Shown here: in pieces, positions 63,128 through 64,000 of the stretch
Position numbering within the stretch: the stretch's first letter is position 1
Layout of the letters: each line of letters begins with the position of its first letter
Assembly: GCA_964187785.1 (NCBI GenBank)
Contig: OZ076409.1
Span: 65,536,001 to 65,600,000, forward strand
Direction: 5' to 3'
Source of the DNA: Amphiscolops sp. MND2022
Lineage: Eukaryota
DNA: 64,000 nucleotides
Translations under genes and position numbers: made by a program
The notes under the pieces: generated by a model
The model's database searches: none
What the model saw: the letters and a program-made list of their open reading frames with translations, nothing else
Told to the model about the DNA's origin: nothing

Positions 63128-64000
63128 TACACAGAGGCAAAGCCGTGCTTCGCAAACACTTGCGAAGAAAGTTGCGAACTTTTGAAGAAACCCAAATAAG
63201 CAATATCATACGGAGAGCCAAGGGTAAAAGGACATTATTGTTAAAACTTCATCAATCCATCAATTTCAACAAAAAATCCCGAAGGGATACCCATAAATCT
63301 CGAACACAATTCTTCTCCAAGTGGAAACAACAGAAAACCCATCTTTCTCAACCGTAAACCTTAAAAAAACAGAAAATTGAGGAAAAAAAATTTCTGATGA
63401 AGGTCTCCGGCAAGTCGCATAGTGCCGAAAACCTTGAGCAGTGCTTTATGCTCGCAAAACGTTTCGTTTCTAGTAAAAATTGAGGGGGCTTCGATGAAAA
63501 CAAATTAGAAAAAAAAGTCGCATAGAAAAAACAGCGGTCTCTAAAAAAAACAAAAATAGGATATAGCGTGCTGGGCCTGAGAAAACCTAATTTTAGGACA
63601 ATAATTATTCGATTTGAAAAATCTCAATGCCAAAAACTGTAAAAGGGGGGCTCTTTGAGATTTTTTACCATCCATTCTGTTGCAAATTTTCAAAAAATTG
63701 AAGCGAGATTTAAAAAATTTTGCAAAAACAAAAAATGAGAACTTTCAACAGTCTCATAGTGCCAAAAAATCTGAAAGAAGGGAGCCTTTGGGATTTTTTA
63801 ACATTCGTTCTGTTGCAAAATACCAAAAAAAGGAAGGGAGAATGAAAATAATAATGAAAAGGAGGCATGAAAAAAATTGCGAAAAAAGACACCAAGCCAA
63901 AATAACATGCACAAAAAATTTTGGTCAAGGGCGAGACTCGAACCAACGTCCTTCTGCTTGGCAGACCTCAAATAATCCTAATTAACCTCTATACCAAGTG
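63128..64000 (-). mobile_element. Second copy of the 1236-2110 element (runs off the window)
   Basis: Long collinear similarity, e.g. GTGCTTCGCAAACACTTGCGAAGAAAGTTGCGAACTTTTGAAGAAACCC and GGTCAAGGGCGAGACTCGAACC. Confidence 0.8.

Overview
AT-rich, intron-containing animal (invertebrate-type) genomic DNA. It is not prokaryotic, and I cannot identify the species from the sequence alone. Four spliced host genes can be assembled by hand with consistent intron phases: (1) a 7-exon, ~434-aa Cys-rich single-pass membrane protein with a Pro-rich PPxY tail (Shisa/WBP1/VOPP1-like architecture; +, 4748-13814); (2) COQ9 (-, 14145-19478); (3) an ankyrin-repeat DHHC palmitoyltransferase of the ZDHHC17/HIP14 type (-, 35506-56283); and (4) a CCDC166-like coiled-coil gene (+, 42490-46111) nested antisense in a ZDHHC17 intron. 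The rest is dominated by mobile DNA. This includes a 5'-truncated Ty1/Copia element whose 3' end lies in a recent 1.79-kb tandem duplication, and a full-length PHD-ORF1 LINE with an 11-bp TSD that is nested in an older LINE and itself carries a MITE. There are also gypsy and hAT fossils and piggyBac-like and Tc1/pogo-like MITEs. More than 15 copies or fragments of at least three families of non-autonomous Helentron-like (HINE/DINE-1 architecture) elements are present, and several carry tRNA-derived Pol III cassettes or internal minisatellites. Most short ORFs in the ORF track are non-coding read-throughs of these repeats.
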